Shown: positions 19,105 to 28,289 of the stretch, one piece after another | Layout: every line of letters starts with the position of its first letter | Position numbering within the stretch: position 1 is the first letter of the stretch | Assembly (NCBI GenBank): GCA_947466585.1 | Contig: CANIEU010000001.1 | Coordinates: 48,414-112,413 of the forward strand | DNA: 64,000 bases | Direction of reading: 5' to 3' | Source of the DNA: Fibrobacterota bacterium | GTDB lineage: Bacteria > Fibrobacterota > Fibrobacteria > UBA11236 | Program-made: the position numbers and the translations under genes | The notes under the pieces: generated by a model | The model's database searches: none | Told to the model about the DNA's origin: nothing | What the model saw: the letters and a program-made list of their open reading frames with translations, nothing else

Positions 19105-20250
19105 TCAGTCTTTCTTTTTTTCTGCCACGGGAACGGCAAATACCGGACCCACGGGATGATCGGAAACGCGGCCGCGCGCGTCGGGCTGACGATAGGGAAG
19201 GAGCGCCTGTGCCGGGATGCGTGCACGCACGCGGCCAGGGCGGATGGAAGTCGGCGTAAAGTACCCATTCAGATTCATCCAGGTACGCAGGCTGTCGAGC
19301 TTCACCGTGTTCGAACCATGTGTACCACCGGGAACCACCACGGTTTTAACGGAGACGCCCTTGGACTTCAGCGAATCCCGATACGCCCCACTGTTGAGCG
19401 TATCCACAGTGGCATCGGCCGTTCCATAATTGAGAAAGGCGGGGGGTGTTTGCGCCGTAACCTGTTTTTCATTCGAGGTGTAATCGACGAGTTGCTGCGT
19501 GGGACTGGTACCGATGTAGATGTCGCGACCCGCTTTATAGGCGTATGCCCGAGTTCCCGCTCCGGGAACATATTGCACCATCGTGATCATCGGGTACACG
19601 AGGCCCTGGAAATTGGGTCGACTTGAATAGAGGTCGATGGAGTCCTTCGGGCCCGGATACCAGTGTGATCCATTGGTCGCATTGGAGTCCGAAAGGCCCG
19701 CGTCGAAATGCGTCGCAACGGTGGAAGCCACATGACCACCGGCGGAAAAGCCGAGAACGCCGATACGGTTCGGATCAATGTTGTATTTGGCCGAGTTGGC
19801 ACGGACCCAGCGCACGGCGCGCTGTACGTCCCACATCTGATGAGGGTAGCCGTATGGCTTGACGCGATACCGGAGAAGGAAAACCGTGATGCCGTAACCA
19901 TTCAGAGTCCCCGCTGCCGGGGTTCCTTCGCTGGTCCACGGAGAAAGGTTGTCGTACCCTCCGCCCGGAATGACGATCAGGGCGGCGCCGTTGGGACTCG
20001 AGGCCGGATAGGCGAGCAGCCAGGAATTGCGGACGCTGTCCGTCGGGCTATAGACCGTCGTATCCGAAATGCCCGAGGGTCGGGGCGAGGCGATGGGAGC
20101 CCGGCGGGATCCCCACAAGAACAAACGGGTTTTTGATCCCACGTCCTGAGCCGGTGCCCGATCTGGAAGAATCAAACAACAAGCCGCCATGGCGAAAACC
20201 GCACCGATATTCCATCGACCCAAGGATCCCCTGTAACCCATTATCTGCAT
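19105..20250 (-). CDS. Secreted alpha/beta-hydrolase esterase/lipase
   Basis: GFSAGGH nucleophile elbow (GxSxG), HGW/PGGGY oxyanion-region, signal peptide. Confidence 0.75.
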   Translation of the reverse strand: MQIMGYRGSLGRWNIGAVFAMAACCLILPDRAPAQDVGSKTRLFLWGSRRAPIASPRPSGISDTTVYSPTDSVRNSWLLAYPASSPNGAALIVIPGGGYDNLSPWTSEGTPAAGTLNGYGITVFLLRYRVKPYGYPHQMWDVQRAVRWVRANSAKYNIDPNRIGVLGFSAGGHVASTVATHFDAGLSDSNATNGSHWYPGPKDSIDLYSSRPNFQGLVYPMITMVQYVPGAGTRAYAYKAGRDIYIGTSPTQQLVDYTSNEKQVTAQTPPAFLNYGTADATVDTLNSGAYRDSLKSKGVSVKTVVVPGGTHGSNTVKLDSLRTWMNLNGYFTPTSIRPGRVRARIPAQALLPYRQPDARGRVSDHPVGPVFAVPVAEKKKD

Positions 20251-20341
20251 GTGAATGATCCTTCGAGAAAATTACGGGAGATCCCGTCAGCAGTAACCGT
20301 AAACGTATCGCCAAACGCCTCTATACGCAATCGTTTCCTCG

Positions 20342-20355
20342 TTTCTTCGAAGAAA
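20342..20355. promoter_or_regulatory. Perfect 14-bp palindrome TTTCTTCGAAGAAA, candidate operator upstream of 20525 ORF / RNase R
   Basis: read directly from sequence. Confidence 0.3.
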
Positions 20356-20524
20356 TCGCAGGTGTTGGCCGGGATTTTGTGAGTTATCGGAGCTTTTCAG
20401 TCGATTTGCCCGCACCGAAACCCGAACACGGTGTGGTCCGGGAACCGGTCCCTCGACCAACTTCTATATTCTGGCCAAATTCAAGGGGCGCCTGTTGCGT
20501 CCGTTGCGCGTGCATCCGGAAAAC

Positions 20525-20854
20525 ATGGCATTTTCAGAAGAAGAAAAAGACCTCGTCGTTCAGTCGCTCCAGTTTTACCTGCAGCAGGCCGGGGCGCAAC
20601 TGCCTCCGCAAGCCGTGCAGCAACTGATGACCATGGCCAAGAGCATTGTCACCAAGCTGGATCAACCCGGCGCAGGTGGAGAAGGCCCCAAGGCCGGGGA
20701 ACCTCCTCCCGGAATCTCGCAGGATTGGTACGACCACGTGTGCGTCACCTGCCCGCAGCTCAAGGGCTCCACCTGCTTGGACAAGATCACCGTCAAGTTC
20801 CCGGGAAAATGCGATCCCATTCTGCTCTTCGAGCGCCAAAAAACGGCGGCCTAG
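20525..20854 (+). CDS. Small conserved hypothetical protein with C-terminal Cys cluster (CVTCPQLKGSTCLDK...KCD)
   Basis: ORF 20495..20854 frame, start at MAFSEEEKD. Confidence 0.4.
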   Translation: MAFSEEEKDLVVQSLQFYLQQAGAQLPPQAVQQLMTMAKSIVTKLDQPGAGGEGPKAGEPPPGISQDWYDHVCVTCPQLKGSTCLDKITVKFPGKCDPILLFERQKTAA

Positions 20855-20927
20855 TGCCGCAGATTCCAACGCCGCATCCATTTCAATACGGGGGCTCGTT
20901 GCCTCTGTTGTTCCCCAAGGGCAGCCA

Positions 20928-23066
20928 ATGACCATACGCGTGCCCTCCGAAAAGGCCATCCTCGACATCGTCCGCGCCTCCGCCACGCCGGTGGGCTGGC
21001 CGCAATTTCTTGTCGCGCTAGCAAGCAGCGCTGACGAAGAGCGCGCGCTCAAGCGGCTGCTGAAAAAAGCCGCGGCCGCAGGTCTGATCCTGAAGCTCAA
21101 GGGTAAACGCTATATGATGCCTCCTCCAGTCGCTTCAGTAGCAACGGGAACAGTTGGGGCTACCGGTTCTGGAGATGCCGCCACAAAGGTTTCTCCCTAC
21201 ACGGGACTTCCCGTACGCCAAAAGGGCGCGACAGCTGCGACAGCAAATTCGGATTCCGCCCCAGGTTCCGAACCCAGGGTCAAACCACCTGCGGGCGAAG
21301 GGATTTTGGCGCGCGTTGTGCGCGAGGGCAAATTCCTGTTCGCCGTCACCGGTGAGGGCCGCAGCCGACTGAAATACGTGCTCCCCAAGGGAGAATCGGG
21401 CAACGTCAAGGCGGGCGCCATGATTCGTATCAAATCGCTCGACCGCAAAGGCCCGTTCGGCTATACCGCCGCCAAGGTGGTGGCCGCCGCGCGCGAAGAA
21501 CTCGACTTCGCAGAAGTCTCCAAAGGATTTTTCAAGCGACATGGGATTCCCGCAGGGTATCCGAAGCGCGCGCTCGCGGAGGCTGCGGATCAACCCGAAC
21601 CGGTGTGGGAAAACCACAGCAAACGGCGCGATATGCGCGACGAATATATCGTCACGATCGACCCGGCCGATGCGAAGGACCACGACGACGCGCTTTCGCT
21701 GGAGAAGCTTCCCGACGGGAGCTGGCATCTGGGCGTGCATATCGCGGACGTTTCGGAATACGTGGCGCTCGACGGCGCGCTCGACGAAGAAGCGCTGCAT
21801 CGCGGGTATACGCAGTATCTGCCCTGGACCGCCGCACCCATGCTGCCGCAGCGGCTGTCGGGCGATTTGTGCAGCCTGCTCGAAGGCCGCGACCGCTTGG
21901 CCTTTTCGTGCTTTATGGAAGTCGCGCCCGATGGTGAATTGAAGAAATACTCCTTCGAAGAAACCTTCATTCGCGTGTCGCGCTTTCATTCCTATGAAGA
22001 GGCGCAAGGCCTGAAGGACGAGGGCGAGCCGCATCTGTGCCTGCTCGCCGAGTTCACCGATGCGCTGCTCGCCAAGCGCAAGCGCGACGGTTATCTCGAT
22101 TTCCAATTGCCCGAACCGCGCGTGGCGCTCGATGATCAGCGCCGCCCGGTCGACATCTATCCCGGTAAACGATTGGCCTCGCACGGTTGGGTCGAGGAAT
22201 GCATGCTGCTGGCCAATCAGGCCACGGCGCGGCATTTGCACAAGCTCAAACTACCCGGCCTGTATCGCGTGCACGAGCAGCCCGACATCGAGGTGGTGGC
22301 GGAACTGTGGTCGGGTCAAGCCGAACTAGCGGGTCGCGTCGATGAAAAAGGCGGAGCGGACGCCCTGAAAAAGCTACGCGAAACCTCGGGATTCCTGAAT
22401 CCGATGATTCAACAGTTTTATGTGAAGCTGCTCGACCCATCGCGCGGTGCCCTCCCCCCCGCCGTGCAGCGCAAAATTCTTCAAAGCATGAAGAAGGCGC
22501 AGTATTCCGCCAGTCCGCTCGGGCACTTCGCGCTCGGTTGGCAATACTACGCGCACTTTACCTCGCCGATCCGCCGTTATGCGGATTTGTGGACGCACCG
22601 CATGATGAAGCTGCATGCGCGCGGCAAAAAGATTCCGCGCATTTTGGCGACGCGCGCCATCGCGGTGGCGGAGGAAATTTCGGGGCGCGAAATCGATGTG
22701 GTGAAAACGGAACGCAAGGCCATGCGCACCGCCACCGCATGGATCTTCCGCAAACTCGTGGGCCGCGATTTTCAGGGTGAGATCAGCGGTGTGGAAGGGT
22801 TCGGCATGTTCGTCACGGTTTCGAACCCCTACGGCGAAGGCATGATTCCGGTGGCGCGCATGCGCGACGACTATTACGAGAAAGATCCGGAGACGGGTCA
22901 TCTCGTCGGCAAGCGTTCGCGCCGCCGTTTTGAACTGGGTATGAAAATCCGCGTGCGCGTGATCAAAAGCGACCCCATGACGGGTCACGTCGATTTCGAC
23001 CTGCTGGGAACCGTGCCGAGCGCATCCGAGGCGCAAAGCGTGCGGGAGACAAAGGATTTGGTGTGA
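20928..23066 (+). CDS. rnr: Ribonuclease R (RNB family 3'-5' exoribonuclease with S1 domain)
   Basis: RNB catalytic region (IDPADAKDHDDALS), C-terminal S1 domain; start at MTIRVPSEK inside ORF 20646..23066. Confidence 0.9.
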   Translation: MTIRVPSEKAILDIVRASATPVGWPQFLVALASSADEERALKRLLKKAAAAGLILKLKGKRYMMPPPVASVATGTVGATGSGDAATKVSPYTGLPVRQKGATAATANSDSAPGSEPRVKPPAGEGILARVVREGKFLFAVTGEGRSRLKYVLPKGESGNVKAGAMIRIKSLDRKGPFGYTAAKVVAAAREELDFAEVSKGFFKRHGIPAGYPKRALAEAADQPEPVWENHSKRRDMRDEYIVTIDPADAKDHDDALSLEKLPDGSWHLGVHIADVSEYVALDGALDEEALHRGYTQYLPWTAAPMLPQRLSGDLCSLLEGRDRLAFSCFMEVAPDGELKKYSFEETFIRVSRFHSYEEAQGLKDEGEPHLCLLAEFTDALLAKRKRDGYLDFQLPEPRVALDDQRRPVDIYPGKRLASHGWVEECMLLANQATARHLHKLKLPGLYRVHEQPDIEVVAELWSGQAELAGRVDEKGGADALKKLRETSGFLNPMIQQFYVKLLDPSRGALPPAVQRKILQSMKKAQYSASPLGHFALGWQYYAHFTSPIRRYADLWTHRMMKLHARGKKIPRILATRAIAVAEEISGREIDVVKTERKAMRTATAWIFRKLVGRDFQGEISGVEGFGMFVTVSNPYGEGMIPVARMRDDYYEKDPETGHLVGKRSRRRFELGMKIRVRVIKSDPMTGHVDFDLLGTVPSASEAQSVRETKDLV

Positions 23067-23794
23067 GTCTTCGCAACGCGCTCGCCTACCTGACCACCCT
23101 CCGTATTCCACCGCGCGCCCGCACCCCGCTGGCGCATTCGGTGCATTACTTCCCGTGGGTGGGCGCGGCGATCGGCAGCCTGAACATTCTCGCCTTCCTT
23201 GCGCTTACGCGCATCGTGCCAGCGCCCGTAGCCTGCTTCGTGGCGGTGCTGCTCCCGCAGGCGCTCACCGGCTTCTCGCCGCTACGGGGCGTGATCGAAG
23301 CCGAGCGCGGCACGCACACATTGCCCGGTCACGGGTTTCCTCCAGGCTTTCGGCTCGATGTACGCGGCGCAGGCATCGCCGCAGCATTTTTTTGCGTGAA
23401 GTGGGCTTCGTTACTGATGCTCTCGGCCGATTGGCGGGTGCGCGCGGTGTTTCTGTTCCCCATCTTCGGCATGTGCGCCCGCACCACCGCCTTTCTGATG
23501 GAGCCGCCGGCGCGCAGGCCGCGCGGCCCTTTCGCTGCCCGGCGCCGCCTGCGCGCGGCTTATCTGAGCGGCCTGCAATTGTTTTTGGCGTTTCTGTTCC
23601 CGGTGCGTGCGGCGCTTTTCATTTTGGTCGCCGGCGCCGGTGCAACCTGGTGGGCTTTGCGCATGGGACAACGCCGCAGTCACGGTCGCGTTGCCGGCCT
23701 CACGTTGCAAACCGCGGCGGTGCTGTCCGAAACCGCAGAGGCGGTTGTGCTGGCCGGGTTGGTAATCGCGAGGCTGGTCTTGTTTCGGTGGTAA
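23063..23794 (+). CDS. CobS-like (adenosylcobinamide-GDP ribazoletransferase family) membrane protein, divergent
   Basis: N-terminal ALAYLTTLRIPP resembles CobS FLTRLPVP motif; multi-TM; unusually Arg-rich so low confidence. Confidence 0.4.
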   Translation: MSLRNALAYLTTLRIPPRARTPLAHSVHYFPWVGAAIGSLNILAFLALTRIVPAPVACFVAVLLPQALTGFSPLRGVIEAERGTHTLPGHGFPPGFRLDVRGAGIAAAFFCVKWASLLMLSADWRVRAVFLFPIFGMCARTTAFLMEPPARRPRGPFAARRRLRAAYLSGLQLFLAFLFPVRAALFILVAGAGATWWALRMGQRRSHGRVAGLTLQTAAVLSETAEAVVLAGLVIARLVLFRW

Positions 23795-23835
23795 CGGAGA
23801 GTTAACCGGTCACTCGCCGCGAGGTGCTTCTTCCT

Positions 23836-24177
23836 CTACCCTTCCACGTCGTAAATCAGAATCTTGTCCCACGACCCGCCAATGCGTTTGCGGATGACGT
23901 CGTGTTCCGGATCCGCCTGGAAGGCATCGTGGCCCGCCGCATCGCCGAGATCCAGTACGATGGCGTGCGTGTAATCACGTTCCGCAATAGCTTCACCGCC
24001 GGTTGCAGGCGTACCGAACCACGCCGCGCGCACGGATTTCAGGCGTTTGAGATCTTCGATGCCTTGGAAGAAGAGTTTACGCTGTTCTGCAGACAGATCC
24101 GGTTTGAGCCAATACAACACGTTATGCAAGAACATTGCGGCTACTCTTCGAAGTCGTAAATCTTCACCGCCGTCCAA
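23836..24177 (-). CDS. Dabb (stress-responsive dimeric alpha/beta barrel) protein
   Basis: 113 aa; FHNVLYWLKPDLS...I.KRIGGSWDKILIYDVEG. Confidence 0.65.
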   Translation of the reverse strand: MDGGEDLRLRRVAAMFLHNVLYWLKPDLSAEQRKLFFQGIEDLKRLKSVRAAWFGTPATGGEAIAERDYTHAIVLDLGDAAGHDAFQADPEHDVIRKRIGGSWDKILIYDVEG

Positions 24178-24452
24178 AGGGAATGCAGTTCCCGGAACGC
24201 GTCGTGGATCGGATCTACCTGATAAAAGTCATGCCCTGGGAGATCGTCGAAAATGAGGACGAGGCCGTAAGAATAAGTGCGATCGATGATCGGACGATCG
24301 GTATCGGCCGGTTTGCCGAGCCAGCCCTGTTTCACTGTGGAGATTCGCGTCAAGGCCTGGGCGCGTTCTACAAAGAGCGCCTTTTCGGAGGGGGTGATAT
24401 CGGGTTTGAGCCAGAAGTAGACGGAGTGGATGAACATGGGGGTGACCTTCAT
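24141..24452 (-). CDS. Dabb protein, paralog of the preceding gene
   Basis: 103 aa; IHSVYFWLKPDIT...WTAVKIYDFEE; the two ORFs overlap. Confidence 0.65.
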   Translation of the reverse strand: MKVTPMFIHSVYFWLKPDITPSEKALFVERAQALTRISTVKQGWLGKPADTDRPIIDRTYSYGLVLIFDDLPGHDFYQVDPIHDAFRELHSLWTAVKIYDFEE

Positions 24453-24462
24453 AGAGGAGGAT

Positions 24463-24598
24463 GGTTAGTGGGTAGTGGGTAGTGGGTAAGGTAAAGGAGG
24501 TAGATGGATTTAGGTTCAGATTGCTTGAACCAGTGACTGCTGAGATTTGCTTTCGTGAGTTTCCAAATCTGTGTTCCACCTACCTACTACCTACTGAC
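24463..24598. repeat. Palindromic GGTAG-unit element, variant arms (gttagtgggtagtgggtagtgggtaagg ... ccacctacctactacctactgac)
   Basis: Inverted arms around a ggttcagattgcttgaacc central hairpin between Dabb and GT4 genes. Confidence 0.55.
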
Positions 24599-24607
24599 AA
24601 CTTCTCG

Positions 24608-25945
24608 TTAAACTTCACTCTTCCACACCTTCACATACAGGTTCCAGAACGCGTTGGCGGCGGCATCGTAGGCGAAGGCGGTAGCGCGGTGCCGGGCCGG
24701 TTCGCGCCAAGCCGCGAGGCGTGCGGGATCGTTGACCAAGTCCAGAATTCCCGCACAGAGCGCGCCGGGTTCGCGGTGGCGAAAAACCGCCCCGCACACG
24801 CCGGGCTCTACGATTTCGCAGGGACCGCCGGCGTCGCTGACCAAACACGGCAGCCCGGAGGCGAGAGCCTCCACCACACTGTTGCCGAAAGTGTCGGACA
24901 GGCTTGGGAAGATGAAGAGATCGGACGAAGCAAAAGCCCGCGCCAGGTTCCCGTCCCGTAAAACTCCCGTGAAATGCGCCCTGCCGCAATCGGCGAGGGA
25001 AGCCTTCATCTCTTCGAGATAAGGACCGTCGCCCACAACGATCAGCCTGAGATCGGGACGCGTTTGCAGTGCCGCAAGAAAAGCTTGTGCTAAGGCGGCG
25101 AGGTTTTTTTCGGTGGAGACGCGTCCCACGTACAGCAGGCGGACACCATCGGTGGGTACGCCGAGACGGCTCCATACCGCGTCCTCACGCAAGTCGGGTC
25201 GGAAAAATTCGAGATCCACCCCGCGCGGCAGTTTGTGCACACGGCCCGGCACTACGCCCATGGCAACCACTTTTTCCCGGTACGCTTCGGAGGGCACGAC
25301 CACCGGGCCCGACACGCGGGTAAAAAAGCGCGTCCAAAACTGGACGAAGCGGATGCCGAGGCGACCCTTCATGAGAAGTTCACTGTAGACGATGATATCG
25401 GTGCGGTAATGCGAGAGCGTGGGAATACCCACCACCTTGGCAGTGAACATGCACAACACCGACACCGGTCCGGGCGTTTCAAACTCGATGACGTCCACCG
25501 GATGCGCGCGCAAAAAATCGAGGAAACTTCTCAGGCGCAACACCACGAGCTCGCTGTGGTCGTACCCCGCTTGATCCATGGAGAATCGCCCCGGAGCGAG
25601 CACCAACGAGCCGTCGGGGCCTTCGCTGCGCGGCGCTCGCGCATGGAACGCCGTGCCGAAGAGATAAGCCTGATGCCCCATGCGGCGAAGTTCCCGCAGT
25701 TGGATGCGCGAGGCAAGGGCGATGCCGTTGACTTCGTCGAGGTTGTCGCTGACGCAGACCACCGATGGATCGGAAGGCTCGGAGGGTGATGCGCCGCATT
25801 TCTGATGACGCCGGACCAACCGCAACCGGAGCATGGCGGGAAACTCGGAAAGGAATTCCGCGAAGAAATGCAGCAAAAACAGCAGAACACCGGCGGTACC
25901 CCAAGCCCGGTGAGGCCGGGGAACGGATGCGACGGAGTCAGACAT
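24608..25945 (-). CDS. GT4 glycosyltransferase (start codon uncertain)
   Basis: GT4 N-domain (VVCVSDNLDEVNGIA) and C-domain EX7E-type region (FPSLSDTFGNSVVEALASGLPCLVSD). Confidence 0.75.
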   Translation of the reverse strand: MSDSVASVPRPHRAWGTAGVLLFLLHFFAEFLSEFPAMLRLRLVRRHQKCGASPSEPSDPSVVCVSDNLDEVNGIALASRIQLRELRRMGHQAYLFGTAFHARAPRSEGPDGSLVLAPGRFSMDQAGYDHSELVVLRLRSFLDFLRAHPVDVIEFETPGPVSVLCMFTAKVVGIPTLSHYRTDIIVYSELLMKGRLGIRFVQFWTRFFTRVSGPVVVPSEAYREKVVAMGVVPGRVHKLPRGVDLEFFRPDLREDAVWSRLGVPTDGVRLLYVGRVSTEKNLAALAQAFLAALQTRPDLRLIVVGDGPYLEEMKASLADCGRAHFTGVLRDGNLARAFASSDLFIFPSLSDTFGNSVVEALASGLPCLVSDAGGPCEIVEPGVCGAVFRHREPGALCAGILDLVNDPARLAAWREPARHRATAFAYDAAANAFWNLYVKVWKSEV

Positions 25946-25974
25946 GGCACGAAATGTAGATCTACATTAAGCGC

Positions 25975-27042
25975 ATGATCTTTCTTCGTCTGCAGCAGCG
26001 CTCTCTTTTACGGATCGGTCTTTGGGCCGGGCTTCTAGCCAGTATTCCTGTATGCGCGGTCGCGCAATCGGGATACGAATACGGCTCCGAATCCGGTTCG
26101 AAAAGCCCCACCCTACGTTGGACACTGATGGATCTCGGGAGACTGCCTTCACCCGAAGTGGTAGCCGTCACCCGCGACGATTTCGGCAACGTCTATTACG
26201 CCACCCGCGGCGGGCTCACGACAGAAGACCGTGCGGGAAATTTCCGGATATTCACAAAGGCATTGACGCGGGGCGATCTCGCTTCGGATTCACTCACCTG
26301 TTTGGGACTCGACCGGTATCGCGACCTGTGGATCGGGACCTGCGCGGGCCTTCAGGTCTTCTCCAACGGCATCTGGAAGCGCTTCACCCGCGAGACCACG
26401 CACGATGGACTGCCCGACGACGGCGTACTGGCGCTGGCGCTCTACCGGGAGGAACGTTGGGTGGGTACCCGCAACGGCTTCGCCGTGTTGCGGGGCTCCG
26501 CATGGACGACCTACACCGGTGACAAGATCGCCGGGCGGCTCCCGCATCCCGCCGTCGCCGCCATCGCGGTGGATTCATCCGGAGACAAATGGATCGGCAC
26601 TCTCGGCGGGCTAATCCGCCTGAGCGGAGCCGTGTGGACGCGCTTCACGCCCGAGACCACCGACGGCGGGCTGCCCCACCACGGCATCACCGCCTTGTAT
26701 GTGGATGCGACCAACGCCTTGTGGGTGGGCACGCAGGCAGGAGTCGCCCGCCGCAACCCCAACGGCACCTGGATGCGCCTCGGTGCCGGATCGGGGCTGG
26801 GATCGTTGGCGAACGAACGCGTCACCTCCATCACCGGCGGACCGGATGGCGAAGTGTGGGTCAGCCTGCGCGGCGGCGCCGCGCATTTTCACGATGGAAA
26901 TTGGGAATTGTACACCCGGGAAAACGTACCCGGGTTGCTCACCTTATACGTGAACTACGTGTACGGGGGCGCCGCCGGTGAGGCCCGCATCGCCACTCAA
27001 AAAGGCGTGATCTCGCGGCTTCCGGGGGAAGTCAAGGAATAA
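25975..27042 (+). CDS. Secreted beta-propeller protein with Reg_prop repeats
   Basis: Signal peptide; repeated motifs NVYYATRGGL / LWIGTCAGL / KWIGTLGGL / LWVGTQAGV. Confidence 0.7.
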   Translation: MIFLRLQQRSLLRIGLWAGLLASIPVCAVAQSGYEYGSESGSKSPTLRWTLMDLGRLPSPEVVAVTRDDFGNVYYATRGGLTTEDRAGNFRIFTKALTRGDLASDSLTCLGLDRYRDLWIGTCAGLQVFSNGIWKRFTRETTHDGLPDDGVLALALYREERWVGTRNGFAVLRGSAWTTYTGDKIAGRLPHPAVAAIAVDSSGDKWIGTLGGLIRLSGAVWTRFTPETTDGGLPHHGITALYVDATNALWVGTQAGVARRNPNGTWMRLGAGSGLGSLANERVTSITGGPDGEVWVSLRGGAAHFHDGNWELYTRENVPGLLTLYVNYVYGGAAGEARIATQKGVISRLPGEVKE

Positions 27043-27152
27043 GGACGGACGGTAGACGGTAGTAGGTAGACGGTAGAGAAAAAATCGGCAAAAAGGTTAC
27101 CGAACATTCCATTTCTAGTGTTCGCTACCGTCTACCGATTACTGTCTATCTC
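27043..27152. repeat. Palindromic GGTAG-unit element (gacggtagacggtagtaggtagacggtagag ... ctaccgtctaccgattactgtctatc); right arm supplies stop codon of minus-strand gene
   Basis: Inverted arms read directly; fills the whole gap between convergent genes. Confidence 0.65.
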
Positions 27153-28180
27153 TTCACCATCGAGAACGCATAGATCGCGCTCATGCTGTCGTCGATCTTT
27201 GCAATGCCGCGGTAGCCCAGCACCTCACCGCCCAAATACACCTTCGCACCAAAGCGCTCCAAGCTGCTCAACTCCTGCAAAATCGAGGTGCGTTGCCGGT
27301 CCTCGGTACGCAACAGGATCACCGGCGCATGGCCCAAAAGCGAGAACTCCAGTCGCTTCGGCACTGCGAGGCCGCCCCACGAGGTACGTTCCGATGAGGT
27401 GATCGCGGTGGGCTTGAGCAAGGTCATCACGCCGTTTTCTTCCCGCACTCCGTATCCGAACACCGTGGAACCGTTTTGGAAAAAGTATCCGCCTTCGGCA
27501 CGTCCCGTGGTGACGGCGTAGCGATACCCCGCATCCATGAACTTGGTACCGAATTGGGTTTGCCGTGTGTGGTCCATCCAACCGAATCCGCGCACAGCCA
27601 CGGTGTCGCGAGCGACGGCGAGCCAGCCGCGCACGCGCGCCTTGGGAATGTGCAGAAACAATGCCGCCTGATCGCCGCCGCCGAACCGGAAAATGCCGTC
27701 GCCCCAGACCACGCCCGGCGTCATGTTCTCGAAGGTGAGGTCGAGAAAATAATCGTGCCCGCCCTTGGTGGTGGAAAACGTGACGTGGTGGGCGCGCGGG
27801 GGAAGCCCTTCGGCAAAGATGTCGTCGTGCACCGCGAGGCGCGCCGTAGCGGGATTCCAGGAAAAGTTTTTCAACGGATATTCGCGCGCCACAAAGTAAT
27901 TGCGACCCGCAAAATTCATCAGCGCCAGATCGGCGCCGCATACCGGATCCTTGAACTTGCCGAAGAACACGCGCGACAGATTCAGCTGCACCTGAATGCC
28001 GTCGTTAAGCCGCAACTGATAGGTCCAGAATTCATTGTGCGCGCGGCCCGGGCCCGGTTCAGGAGCGTAGTCGGTCAGGTTGTCGCGACGCAGCTCGCCC
28101 GTTGGGGCTGTCACCGCCGCCAGACAAGGCCGGGAAGACAGTAGAGCCAATGAAATCGCAGCCACAAACGCACGGGTCAT
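27146..28180 (-). CDS. Secreted hypothetical protein (possibly lipocalin/AttH-like)
   Basis: ORF 27146..28222; signal peptide MTRAFVAAISLALLSSRPCLAA; no confident family. Confidence 0.45.
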   Translation of the reverse strand: MTRAFVAAISLALLSSRPCLAAVTAPTGELRRDNLTDYAPEPGPGRAHNEFWTYQLRLNDGIQVQLNLSRVFFGKFKDPVCGADLALMNFAGRNYFVAREYPLKNFSWNPATARLAVHDDIFAEGLPPRAHHVTFSTTKGGHDYFLDLTFENMTPGVVWGDGIFRFGGGDQAALFLHIPKARVRGWLAVARDTVAVRGFGWMDHTRQTQFGTKFMDAGYRYAVTTGRAEGGYFFQNGSTVFGYGVREENGVMTLLKPTAITSSERTSWGGLAVPKRLEFSLLGHAPVILLRTEDRQRTSILQELSSLERFGAKVYLGGEVLGYRGIAKIDDSMSAIYAFSMVKR

Positions 28181-28289
28181 CACGGAGAATCGCATGCAGG
28201 ATAAAGTATATATGTCGCGCATGCCCCGTATTCTAAATGGCGTTCAGACGCGTTTCCATCGTACTTTGGCCGACAATCCGGTCCGTCCC

